DNA from: Batkoa obscura
Taxonomy: Eukaryota
Reading direction: 5' to 3'
Length of the DNA: 64,000 nucleotides
Assembly: GCA_030770535.1 (NCBI GenBank)
Contig: JASVEC010000010.1
Location: 1,302,001 to 1,366,000, forward strand
Shown: positions 26,183 through 37,075 of the stretch, piece by piece
Numbering within the stretch: the first letter of the stretch is position 1
Layout: each line of letters starts with the position of its first letter
The notes under the pieces: generated by a model
What the model was told of the DNA's origin: nothing
The model's database searches: none
The model's input: only the letters and a program-made list of their open reading frames with translations
Program-made: the position numbers and the translations under genes

Positions 26183-26281
26183 GGGAGTGTTTTTTTTGAC
26201 TTCATTATTTTTTCCATTTTTTAAGCGCTATTTGCGTAGAAAATTTGTTAGTAAAACTCTTAAACACAAAAACACATCCTC
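26183..26281 (+). mobile_element. About 100-bp Sola-type MITE inserted in the transposase
   Basis: TSD ATTA; the empty site is visible in copies 1 and 2. Confidence 0.85.
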
Positions 26282-26593
26282 ATTACTTATTTTTGAATAA
26301 TCATATTGATTTTTATTTATATCAAACTCAAAACTTTTACATTCATCAAAGGAATATATTGAAGCTATAGTTGATAATAACACTAATTGTTGGTTGTTAT
26401 TTCCTGTTTTTCTTAAAGCACTAATTTTATATATTGGTTGATTAAGTTTATTATTATCAATAGTAAACTTTGATAATATATCTTTTATTTGTTTCGTTTT
26501 ATTATAAAATTCCATAAATCGTGGGTTGTTATAAGTGACTGTTAAAATTGATGTAAATGAATTACAATGTTTATATTTCGTACTTCTCCCTAT

Positions 26594-26691
26594 GGGGATG
26601 TTTTTTTTAACTTTATTACTTTTTCTATCTTTTAAGTGCTATTTGAGTGGAAAATTCTTAGTAAAATTCTTAAACACAAAAATACATCCCC
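26594..26691 (+). mobile_element. About 100-bp Sola-type MITE inserted in the transposase
   Basis: GGGGATGT...ACATCCCC with TSD CTAT; the empty site CTCCCTATTG is in copies 1 and 2. Confidence 0.9.
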
Positions 26692-26956
26692 CTATTGTAT
26701 TAAATTTTTCAAAAGTTCCATTTTAAAGCTTAGTTATGAAAGTATGGATTTTATTTTTATTTCAACAAAAAACAAAGTCAAATAAGTGTATTTATATAAT
26801 TATATAATCATATAGTTATATATTATATATCTGTTAAATATCTAATATAAATAACACAAAACATATAGTTAGGAAAATTAGCTATTTAAGAAAAGGAAAC
26901 AATTAAAACAAGTTTTGAATAAAGAAATTTAATTTAGGCTTTTTAGATTTGGCCGT

Positions 26957-27356
26957 TGTGAAATATCGCTTCGTCAGTCCCATGGTTAATTATTTTGATT
27001 TGTTATGAGAATTTCTAGTTCCGCCCAAAAGAATATTATCTTCTCATTTTGATACTTATACTTTTCAGAGTATAAAAGAGTTTACAGAGTATAATAGTTC
27101 GAGGCTTTTTAACTGAATTAATCCCTGATATCTCGAACATTTAATAAAGCCACTAAGTTTTCTTAATATTATTTTACATAGATTTTACATTAGTATTGTC
27201 TATTCTATTTGTCTTATATAGCTTGTAACCTATTACGTGCTATTCCTCATAATCCAAGTCTATCTTAGTTACATAAACTAAGACCTTTCGACTTATAGTG
27301 TAGTCAACCCAGCAATAGCTGTTCTTGACTCCAAACCCTGAGTACCAGATTTCACA
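26957..27356 (+). mobile_element. Solo-LTR-like element (family L, internally deleted, 400 bp)
   Basis: TGTGAAAT...ATTTCACA with perfect 4-bp TSD CCGT, inside the Sola 5' UTR. Confidence 0.9.
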
Positions 27357-27779
27357 CCGTCACATTAGACACAAATTTAAAAATTTAAAAATTGGATTAA
27401 CTTTTAAGTAAATTCTGAAATCAATTCAGACAACCCCATATATTAAACTTTTTTTGTATTTCAAAATTAAACAACTTATTGAGTTCTAGAAAATGAAACA
27501 AACAATATCAAGATAGGGCTTTTATAGCATTTAAAAAATACAGTTTTATTTCTTTTTTAGTTTGATTGAAAAGTGTTGACTTCAAGTGTTTTATTTGCAA
27601 CATAAAATTTTAATACTTAAGTGGCTATAAAGGGCATACAGGAGTATTTTTTTGGCCTCATTACTTTTTCTATTTTTAAGTGCTATTTGAGCGGAAAATT
27701 TGTTAGTAAAGTTCTTAAGCGCAAAAAACATCCCCATATGCTTATTAATAAATAACTTTTGAAATGGAAATAATTGTAT

Positions 27780-28110
27780 CCAGAGATTTCCTACTATTAG
27801 AACTAGAAAGATGTAATGTACCCCATTGTTCTTCTACTCTCCAAAGAGCCATTGGTTTGTAGTGATAATGAGATTCAAGGAGTAAACATATTTAGGCTTA
27901 GGGCCAAAGCCCAATAAAAAAAGTTTTCGTGAATTGAGCATAATCCTATTCGGAGGATTAAAGCTCTGTTAAACCAAGTAGGATTGTGAATTGGAAAGGG
28001 AATAGTATAGAGCTCTATGGGGGTTAATATTGATATGGGTTTAAAGCTTAAGCGTTTTATAATAAAAACTAGAGTTGGAGTGCCATCGTACAAGTGACAA
28101 AGCAATGTAG
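27780..28110 (-). pseudogene. Possible decayed retroelement integrase fragment
   Basis: The minus strand reads ...TCTCATTATCACTACAAACCAATGGC...GAGAG, resembling the rve YHPQTNG..ER motif with a frameshift; weak. Confidence 0.35.
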
Positions 28111-28620
28111 TGAGTTACTATTGGATAAGTTATAGCGAAGATAACTAAATAGCATTTGTATGATTTAGAAATTATAAAAAAAAGTAAAAGTTGAGTACTC
28201 AAACTTGCATTTTTTGGTTACACTTAAAAATAGCAATTTTTTAAAGTGATAGAAATGAAAGTTAGTTTTTAGTAAAACCTTTTAAATAAAATTCCCAAAT
28301 GTTATTCCTTTCATATCAAAAATATTGCATATTGTATATTGTTGGATATATTAAATAAAAATATCAAATGACATAAAATGTGATGACTTATTTTTTAAGC
28401 TACACAATGTGATCAATCATAGTAGGTACTTTAATATACTTTTTAACAAAACTAATAAAAAAAGCGAAAAATTTATGCTATACTATATTAGAGTAGATAA
28501 ATATATTTAGATTCTGATATAAAATATACAAATAGAAAAAAATAAATGTTAAATATAATTAGTTATCTATATTGTGATAAAAGAATAAAGTTTGACTATT
28601 TTTCAAGTTAGTAGATTTAA

Positions 28621-29849
28621 TTATAAACTTTTGATTAAATTAGAGCTAATAATGCTACGTTGATCTTCTCTTTCATTATTAATATTTTCTGTTATACCAC
28701 TTTCTAATACAGTCAATTCAAAATCGTGATTAGTATCTAATAAAATTAATTAATCAACCAATTAAAATAATAGAATTACTCAAGTTAATAGATTGCACTT
28801 CTTCGACCTCTTGATTTTTTATAGTTCTCGAATAAATAACTTTGAGCGCATGATGTACAGTTGGGTCGAGAAAGAATGCAATAAAATTAAGAGTCCCTAA
28901 CATCCCACCAGTAATACATAATAAAATATCTAGTACAGGTGATTCAAAATTGGCAAGGTCATAAGCTGATTCATTTATTACCAGGCCAATATGGGAAACA
29001 ATCATAATTATAGGGTACAATGTACTAAATGATATTTAGTTTTATACATTAATGAGTATAAAATCTTACACCCTTGAAATAAGTAATTTGGTTTTTTTGA
29101 TTGCTTCTGAGGATAATTCATTGTCTACCGTTTCTCTGTGGTCACTTATTAAATCAAGTCCACGACGCAATTTTATAGCAACCAAAACCACAACAATTAG
29201 CAAATAAGACATGCAAACAATCAAAACTAAAATATTAGAATAGAAGTCCAACACCTTATAATAACTTTCATCATTAGTTGCAAGATAACATCCTTTGATC
29301 TCACTGAACCCGAGCATTCCTTTTGCTATTCAAGATTATGTTAACATAAAGCTATCTTTATATTAAAATAGTATTATACCAAGTGGCGGGATAGTAATTA
29401 AGAGCGTGAGTAGAATTGTTCCAATCCAATAACCTGCTTCTACTTTCCATGTTACGCTAATGTTATGCAGAAAGACTAATTGTAAATTAATCCCAATAGC
29501 AGCATTGAGAAAGCTATAATATAAAGGAAAGAACAGTAGTTGGTAAGCAATAAATGTACATAAAGGTGATCCATCTTTATTATATGGACGATTCCATAGT
29601 GGTAAAGAATGCAACCAAATATCATATAATATAACACCAGTTTGTAGCCTAAGAGTTACTCTATCAACCAATTTAAAATCATATATTGCTATTGCTAAAT
29701 TAGAATATTATATTAATTGATAGATAGTTCTAGTACTTACTTAACAATACCATTGTAAGTACTACTATGACGGCCAATACTAAGGATACCTTTGACATTG
29801 TTGGATAAACTACTTTATTTACATATTCACTATATTCTTCGAGATTCAT
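28621..29849 (-). CDS. 7-TM GPCR-like receptor G6 (tandem duplicate of G4)
   Basis: ATG at 29849 (MNLEEYSEYV...), five exons, ends SSNLIKSL*. Large identical blocks shared with G4. Confidence 0.85.
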
Positions 29850-30263
29850 TATAATAAAAATTGATTTTTATTGGAATCAAATGCTCGTATTTATATTCCA
29901 TTTTAAGTACATTGTTTTCTATCCCTTAGAATTTTCGATTTCCTAATATATTATAAATAATGTTCTACTTTGAGCATATATGTATCAAGTCAATATTAAT
30001 ATAACATTTTCAATTCCACTTTACCAGTTTGATTTAAAGTTTATTTTTTCGAAAAACCTGTTTGCAAGTTTGAATAAATTAAGCTTAGCACTTTAATAAA
30101 AGTTTTCATACTATTACAAACCAATAAGATGTGAACTATGTCTGAATTGAACCCATTTTTGATTCAATATGAGGATGTATTTTTTAAGAATTTTACTAGC
30201 AACTTTTCCACTTAAATAGCGTTTTAAGAATGGAAAAGTGAGGAAACCAAAAAAAACATCTCC

Positions 30264-31299
30264 ACCTGTTAAATAAGCAAGATATGGGGATGTGTTTTTA
30301 TGTTTAAGAATTCGACTAATAATTTTTCCGCTCAAATAGCACTTAAAAATGAAAAAAACACCCTCATATCTAGCTCTAATGAATCAATTTCGATAAATTC
30401 AGATATTGTTTGGTTAATTACTAAATCAGGATGAGTGATAATCATAACTATTGAATATAAAGAACTATTAAAAACGTGTCAATATTACAAACTATAGACT
30501 ATTTATATAAGCAACACTTACATTCTAGAAATCAACAATATAATTTTTTTCATTGCTTTTTTTGATAATCCACTGTCAACATTTTCTCCTTGATCATAAA
30601 TTAAACGCATACAACGATATAATTTAATAGTAAGTAATACAACTATAGTGACCAAGTAAAATATACATATTATTATTAAATTTGTAAAAAAATGGATCAA
30701 TTTAGTCGAATTTAGATCGTTACTAACTATATAACATTTATTAAACTCACCATAACCTACTACCTAGATAGCTAAACAATAAGCGAATCCATAAAAATTC
30801 AACATTATAAACCTCAAAACTTACTCAATGGGGGTAATGTAATTAATAAAGCCAATCTCACAGCGCCTAACTAATATGCTACCTCCATTCTTTTTATCAC
30901 ATTAACATTATGTAAAAATATCAATTATAAATTCAATCCAATAGCAGTATTCAAAAAACAATAAAACAACGGGAATGAAAATAATTAATAAACAATAAAA
31001 GCACACGAGAGAGATCCTTCATAACTATAGAGTCGATTCCATAAAAGTAGTCAATGGAACCATATATCATAGCATGAGATACCAGTTTATAATTATAAGG
31101 TGAATTCTATCTACTAGCTTTCGATTATAAATAGCTATATTTTGAGAGTTAATATTTGACAATGATAAAGTGGTAGTATGCAATAAATTACTTAATATTA
31201 CCACTGTTAATATAACTACTATCGTTAATACTAAAGAAGATTTTGATATTACTGATAAGCCACTTCTGTAACATAATCGTGATAAGATTTGATGGACAT
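30264..31299 (-). pseudogene. GPCR pseudogene G7
   Basis: ATG at 31299 followed by an early stop or frameshift. Remnants of RKLVDR, CYDIWFH and KIILLISR. MITEs at 30171-30263 and 30286-30365. Confidence 0.8.
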
Positions 31300-31612
31300 T
31301 GTTTTCTATTGTTTCTTAATTAATTAATAAAAATATAAAAGATTAGATTTTGGTTTTGAGATTATTTATGTATATGTCAAACAAAAACAAAAATCTCAAA
31401 TTTATGTTCAAACCATAGCAGAGTAGTAGTGAATGAAATTTCTTATCAAGATTTAAAAAAATGAAACACCTATATGCCCAGATTTTAAGTCGAAAAAATT
31501 TAATTTCAAAATCCCAAATTTCTTGAAAAATTGAAATCCAGAGTTTTTATCTTAACAGAAAACTCAAAATCTCAAAAAATAACATAGTTATATATAATCC
31601 TCAATCATAACC

Positions 31613-33364
31613 ATGAAACCTATCAAATACCCAAAAAACGTAATGGTCAAACTGATCGAACTGTGCAAGCGTAGTGGCTACTTATTCCCAAGCAGTGAGA
31701 TCTATGGCGGTTTACGAGGAGGGTATGACTATGGTCCTCTAGGTTTAGAGTTAAAAAAAAACATCAGTTCGCATTGGTGGTATCGGATGGTAACTACAGA
31801 TCCCCAGGTCATGGGCTTAGATACTAGTATATTAAATAGCTCTCAAGTATTTTCAGCATCAGGACATTTGAAGAATTTTACGGATGAGTTGGTAGATGAT
31901 ATATTATCAAAGGAGAGATTCAGACCAGATAAGGCAGGGGAATTAAGGATTAGCGGGGATAAGGAAGGAGAAAAGTATATTAAAGTTATTGCGGAGAATG
32001 AAAATGACGTAGAAGGCTTTTTAAAGATTATTGAAAGCAATATTGGGTTAAAAGGGATTAAATATCAAATTAAAAATAAACAAATCAAATTATTTATTAA
32101 ACAAGTAATAAAACCAGAAGATAGTAATGATTATAAAGGTAGGATTGAATTTTTAAATAATAAAGAAGAAGTTATAGAGTATCCATATAATGGTTATGTA
32201 TCTAAAATCAATTCTCCTTTTTTGACAGAAAGCCGAAAGTTTAATTGTATGTTTAAAACATTTTTGGATCCTATAGATCCTTTACAACGATTAATAGAAT
32301 CTCCAAACCCAAAAGAAACATTAGAGCAGATCAATAATACCTCTGTCGTTTATCTACGCCCAGAAACGGCACAAGGCGTATTTATCAATTACCTTTATTG
32401 TTTGAGATTTGCAGGTAATAAAATACCTTTTGGTGTAGCTCAATTAGGTAAAAGTTTCCGAAATGAATTAAGAGTAGAACATATGATCTTTAGAACTTTA
32501 GAATTTGAACAAATGGAGTTACAATTTTTTACTTTACCTAAGAAAGCTAATGAATGGTTTGATGTTTATGTCCAAAAAAGAATGGATTGGTGGTTTGAGT
32601 TAGTTAACAATAAAGAGTTATTTCGTAAAAGAAATCATGAAGATAAAGAACTAGCTCATTATGCAAAGGCTTGTACAGATGTGGAGTTCATGTTTCCTTG
32701 GGGCTGGGGCGAGTTAGAAGGTATTGCTAATAGAGGCGACTTTGATTTGAAATCCCATATGAATGCTAGTGGTAGAAATTTTAGAATTACAGATAATGAA
32801 AATATCAATAATAATAGTAATAAAAGTAGTAATAATGAGTTAGTAAATAATAATGAGAATAATGAAAATGACAATCAAGTAATACCTTATGTAATCGAAT
32901 CCTCTTCTGGATTAAATCGAGCATGTTTAGCTATACTATTAGATGCATTCACCATCCAACAAGATCGTATTATATTGAAATTAAACCCCAAAATAGCACC
33001 CATCAAGGTGGGAATATGTCCCTTAATCAACAAAGAAGAATTCAATAATATAGCAGAACAATTAAATAGTCAATTTTTAATTAGAAATATCTCAACTAGA
33101 TTATTAAATCAACAATTAAAAATTGGTAAAAAATACTATCGTATGGATGAAATTGGCACTCCTTATTGTATTACTATTGATTATCAAACATTAGAAGATG
33201 AAACGGTGACTATTCGTTTTAGAGATACTCAAAAACAAATTAGAGTTAATATTAACCAAGTAGTTAATCATATTCATGAGGCATTAAATGCAGATATATT
33301 AATGAAGCCTATTACTATTAATAAGATAAATGGCAATAATAATGATAATACTATAGAACAATAA
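31613..33364 (+). CDS. Glycyl-tRNA synthetase, homodimeric (alpha2) class IIa, bacterial-like, intronless
   Basis: SSEIYGG..GGYDYGPLG, LRPETAQGVF, GKSFRNE...EFEQME (motif 2), LAHYAKACTDVEF.FPWGWGELEGIANRGDFDL, VIESSSGLNR (motif 3), and anticodon domain IGKKYYRMDEIGTPYCITID. Confidence 0.92.
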   Translation: MKPIKYPKNVMVKLIELCKRSGYLFPSSEIYGGLRGGYDYGPLGLELKKNISSHWWYRMVTTDPQVMGLDTSILNSSQVFSASGHLKNFTDELVDDILSKERFRPDKAGELRISGDKEGEKYIKVIAENENDVEGFLKIIESNIGLKGIKYQIKNKQIKLFIKQVIKPEDSNDYKGRIEFLNNKEEVIEYPYNGYVSKINSPFLTESRKFNCMFKTFLDPIDPLQRLIESPNPKETLEQINNTSVVYLRPETAQGVFINYLYCLRFAGNKIPFGVAQLGKSFRNELRVEHMIFRTLEFEQMELQFFTLPKKANEWFDVYVQKRMDWWFELVNNKELFRKRNHEDKELAHYAKACTDVEFMFPWGWGELEGIANRGDFDLKSHMNASGRNFRITDNENINNNSNKSSNNELVNNNENNENDNQVIPYVIESSSGLNRACLAILLDAFTIQQDRIILKLNPKIAPIKVGICPLINKEEFNNIAEQLNSQFLIRNISTRLLNQQLKIGKKYYRMDEIGTPYCITIDYQTLEDETVTIRFRDTQKQIRVNINQVVNHIHEALNADILMKPITINKINGNNNDNTIEQ

Positions 33365-33482
33365 ATTATATATAACTGAATTATATAAAATAAATATATT
33401 CTATAAAGTTAATAAATTATTTATAAATTATTTACAAATATATACATTTTTTACTTTGAGTTTTATATTATTATAACAATTA

Positions 33483-34492
33483 TTAAGGTAAAGCATCTTT
33501 AAATCCAATGTAAGCTTTATCAATATCAAATTTAAAATTATGAATTTCATCTTCAGTTAATTCTTGATTGGCTTTCATGGAATTTATAACTCTCAACCTA
33601 AAATAATACAAATTAATATAGGGCATATAAGATAATAATATGTATTATCATTATTATCCTATTTATGGTATTATTAATAACATTAAATATCTTACCAATC
33701 AAATATTTTATCTTTTCCATCAAAATTTTGAATACCGTTAGACTCTAAAGCTAACGAATTGATCGTTTGTGCTAAGGCTGATAGTTCAGGAAATAATTGA
33801 CTTGGTTGATTATAACCCAACTCTAAAGAATCAATAACTGTAATAAATTTCTACAATTATAAGATTAATAAAACCAATTATTTTATGTATTATTAACATT
33901 AAGGAGTAATATTATATTATGATTAACTTACTTCCCCAGCAAATAGTGTTTTCTTAACAACAGAATTATTATTTTCATTTTTAGCTAATAGCAGCGTCGC
34001 TGGGTAACCTTCTTGAAATCGAAATTTAGCTAAGGGAGCTTCAAACTAAATTAATAATAAAACCATAAACTACAACATCCTCAATCCTAAAATAAATCCT
34101 ATCCTTACCTGATAAGTTTTTAGAAATGTGTCTAAGTTTGGCATCTTTTTACTAACTGAAGTTAAAGCCACTTTATATTGAGCTATTAACAAATTGCACT
34201 CTTCCGTATACCTATAAAGTAATTGAATATTTTGTTAACTGAATATATTTGATGGGTTGGTGAATTAATGGGGATATATTGATACTTACTCTTCAGGTTC
34301 AATAATACCAGAAGAATAGCCTTTTTCTAATAATTCCATAGCTATTATTATCGAATGTAAATTGGCTAAATTTAATATCTCCCCTCTTTCTTTACTATTA
34401 TTATATAACTTTATTCCATCTTACACAAATAAAATTAGTCGAATTGATTATTTAATTTTATTTAATTTTATTTAATTACCTTCTTCCTCCAT
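33483..34492 (-). CDS. VPS28: ESCRT-I subunit Vps28 (multi-exon, absent from the ORF track)
   Basis: Manual splicing gives MEEEDGIKLYNNSKERGEILNLANLHSIIIAMELLEKGY...EEYTEECNLLIAQYK...GYPAT...KFITVIDSLEL...LRVINSMKANQELTEDEIHNFKFDIDKAYIGF, matching Vps28 N- and C-domain motifs; GT-AG introns. Confidence 0.85.
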
Positions 34493-34685
34493 AACTAAAA
34501 TTAATAAACTTTAAAATAGTACAAGATTTTAAATGAATTATATTTTTTATTGAAATTACGAAATTCATTTTGCCAATAAACTATACTATTTAATTGGTTA
34601 ATTTTTATTTCAGTTCATTACACCAAGACTAAGCCTCCGAATTAACTGAATTTTTTATCCTAATTTTGTTCTATTTGAAAAAAGT

Positions 34686-35153
34686 ATGCGAGCAACAAGA
34701 CTATATCAACGCTTACACTTATCCTTATTAACCGAATTCAAAAAGCAAATATGTAAAACCGCCTACACTCAAAATATAAATTTACACTCTCGCAGTTTCA
34801 TCACGAGCCATCGCCCAAAAGAACAATTACCCACCACCAATGCTCCTCCCCCACCTTCTCCAAATACTAAAGAAGCAAAACTGAGTTTAACCTTTAAATG
34901 TAAAGTATGTAATGTCTATAATAGTAATGAAATCTCTAAAGTAGCATACACACAAGGAGTAGTCTTAATTCAGTGTACTGGATGTGATAACCGACATTTA
35001 ATTGCAGATAATTTGAATTGGTTTGAGGATTATAAATCGAATTTGGATACTATTGCCAAAAGTAATGATGAAATGGTGATGAAGTTTGATAATAGGAAAG
35101 AGATGGAAGAATATATGAAGCAAAAGGGAATTGGAAAAAAAAAGGAAGAATAG
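34686..35153 (+). CDS. ZIM17: DNL-type zinc finger protein (mitochondrial Hsp70 escort, Zim17/Hep1-like)
   Basis: FKCKVC...AYTQGVVLIQCTGCDNRHLIADNLNWF; Arg-rich N-terminal presequence-like region. Confidence 0.9.
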   Translation: MRATRLYQRLHLSLLTEFKKQICKTAYTQNINLHSRSFITSHRPKEQLPTTNAPPPPSPNTKEAKLSLTFKCKVCNVYNSNEISKVAYTQGVVLIQCTGCDNRHLIADNLNWFEDYKSNLDTIAKSNDEMVMKFDNRKEMEEYMKQKGIGKKKEE

Positions 35154-35291
35154 ATAGTAGGGGATGGGACTGCGTTTTTTAAGATTATAGATTAATTTAG
35201 TTAGAAATAAAAAACGATCGTAATTAAAATGATTTTTTATACTTTAATAGAAGTTGAGAATAGTTTTTATAATCGAGCTTGTTTATTTTAT

Positions 35292-37075
35292 TTAGACAGT
35301 AAAAGATTTTACATCTTTAGTATGAGTAGAAGCAGTACGAATTTCAGGACTAATAAATTCCACAGTAACAGACCAAGAACCAGAAGATGGATTTAAAATT
35401 TCTAATTGATCTTTAAATTGAGTTTGAACTTGATTATTTAAAGTCCAAGTAATGCTTAATTTTTCACCGGGTACAGGAGTAGGTGTACGGAATTGACCAA
35501 TTTTAAGAGTAGATAAAGAAATTTTAGTTTTATCTGCCTTCACCCCATCAATCAACGAAATACGTTTTAAAAATTGGAACCACATACCTTCTTTGCAAAC
35601 ATTACAGAAAGAATTATGAGTCATGTTTCTCATTAAACAACCTGCGTTGGTTGGACGATATGTTTTTCTACGATTAACATCCCAAGTAGGGTAAGCGGAG
35701 TAATTATCATTAGCTATTTTAAATTCATTTTCATCTCCAAACTCATGTAATGTAACTGAAGCAATCATACGTGGTATATCTTGATTTGTTGAAGCTGTCT
35801 TAGATCTTACAGTCAAAGTATGAGTGCCAGCTGTAAATCCTTGTTCTCCACGCCAGTCGTAGAATTCACGATCATCACTACCTCTTGCTTGCCAAGGTAG
35901 TACTTTACCATCAAGAACAAATTCTAAAGAATTAGCTTCACCAGCAGCAGTAACCGAAGTCAATAAATACCACCTTTTAAATTTACCATCAGATGTAAAA
36001 GTAAAAGATTTTTGGCCATTAGCAAGATTATGCCAAGGATATTCCAATAATCTATAAATGGCTTTTTCTTCTCTTACAGGTCCAGATACCCAATTTTTCC
36101 ATCCAGTATTAATTGAAGTAGCTGCATTAACACCTGAATAAACCTGCCCATTATCATATTCTTCACCAACAGATACAAAATTATGACCCATTTCATGACG
36201 TAACACAACGGTACCGGTTCTTGCTGATTTAGTAGAAATTACGAATTCTCCGCCTAAACCTCCATAATAATCGTCATTAGCAATTAAGCTTGGATAATCA
36301 CAAGCATTACTACCAGTCAACTGGCAAATCTGACGAGCATAGTTAGAATTTCCAGTAAATATAGCTCTCAATTGACCAGCTTCACGATATAATTTAAATG
36401 GTGTGTTTTTAGCACCATTGTAACCGATACCAGAATCAACAGACTCCACATGAATAGCCCAAATATTAAATAGGGGTAACCATGATTTAAAAGTAGGACC
36501 CTCAAACATATCTGTAGTTAATCTCGAAATATCAGAAAAGAACTTGGTTTTCTCTGAAGCCGTATAACCATCTCCCATAAATACAACATCAATACGATTA
36601 GCTGCGTCTCCATTATCTACAATTTTACGTACATCGGGAGCATTAATAGCGACGTCATCGTTGCTATTCTTAGCCGAGGAAGATAATGGTTTCAAATTTT
36701 CTACTTTACTACATATGGATTGAATATGAGCATTAATAATGGATTTACTATAAGAATAGAGCTCAATGATATTGGAATTTACAGGTTCTTTAGTTAAATT
36801 ATCGTTGGCGGAAGAGATTGCTGGCTTACTAAGGATAGAAAGAGCATTAACATCATTGGAGTTTAAGTCTTTATAAGTGACGTTCTCGCTTTCAGAGATA
36901 ATGAGACAAGCTTTAGAGCGATCACCTTCTTGATGGAGTCTTACATGATGAATACCAGAAGAGCTAATGAAAAAGATGAGGGTTAGTATATGGTGGTTAG
37001 GAAGTTATATGAGAAAACTTACAAAATGGTATTGATGTTTAAAGACAAAACTAAAATTGAAATTAAAGAATTCAT
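35292..37075 (-). CDS. Secreted M64-family (IgA-peptidase-like) zinc metallopeptidase
   Basis: Exon 1 (37075-37023) encodes the signal-like MNSLISILVLSLNINTIF; one intron to 36964. NRIDVVFMGDGYT, HEMGHNF..VGEEY (HExxH), CLMR...FCNVC. Confidence 0.9.

Larger units (their letters stand above)
24837..26745 (-). pseudogene. Disrupted Sola2-like transposase
   Basis: The C-terminal 385 aa are open (24837-25994). The N-terminal part is frameshifted and split by MITEs at 26183 and 26594. Confidence 0.85.
24386..27437 (-). mobile_element. Sola2-like transposon, copy 3 (chimeric, disrupted by two MITEs and a solo LTR)
   Basis: TIRs at both ends with ATAT flanks. The 3' part is near-identical to copies 1 and 2; the 5' part is diverged and carries insertions. 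Confidence 0.85.

Noticed and set aside
31843..32874. Antisense ORFs within GlyRS, including a poly-Leu stretch
   Set aside because: Complement of Asn-rich AAT codons; no independent evidence.
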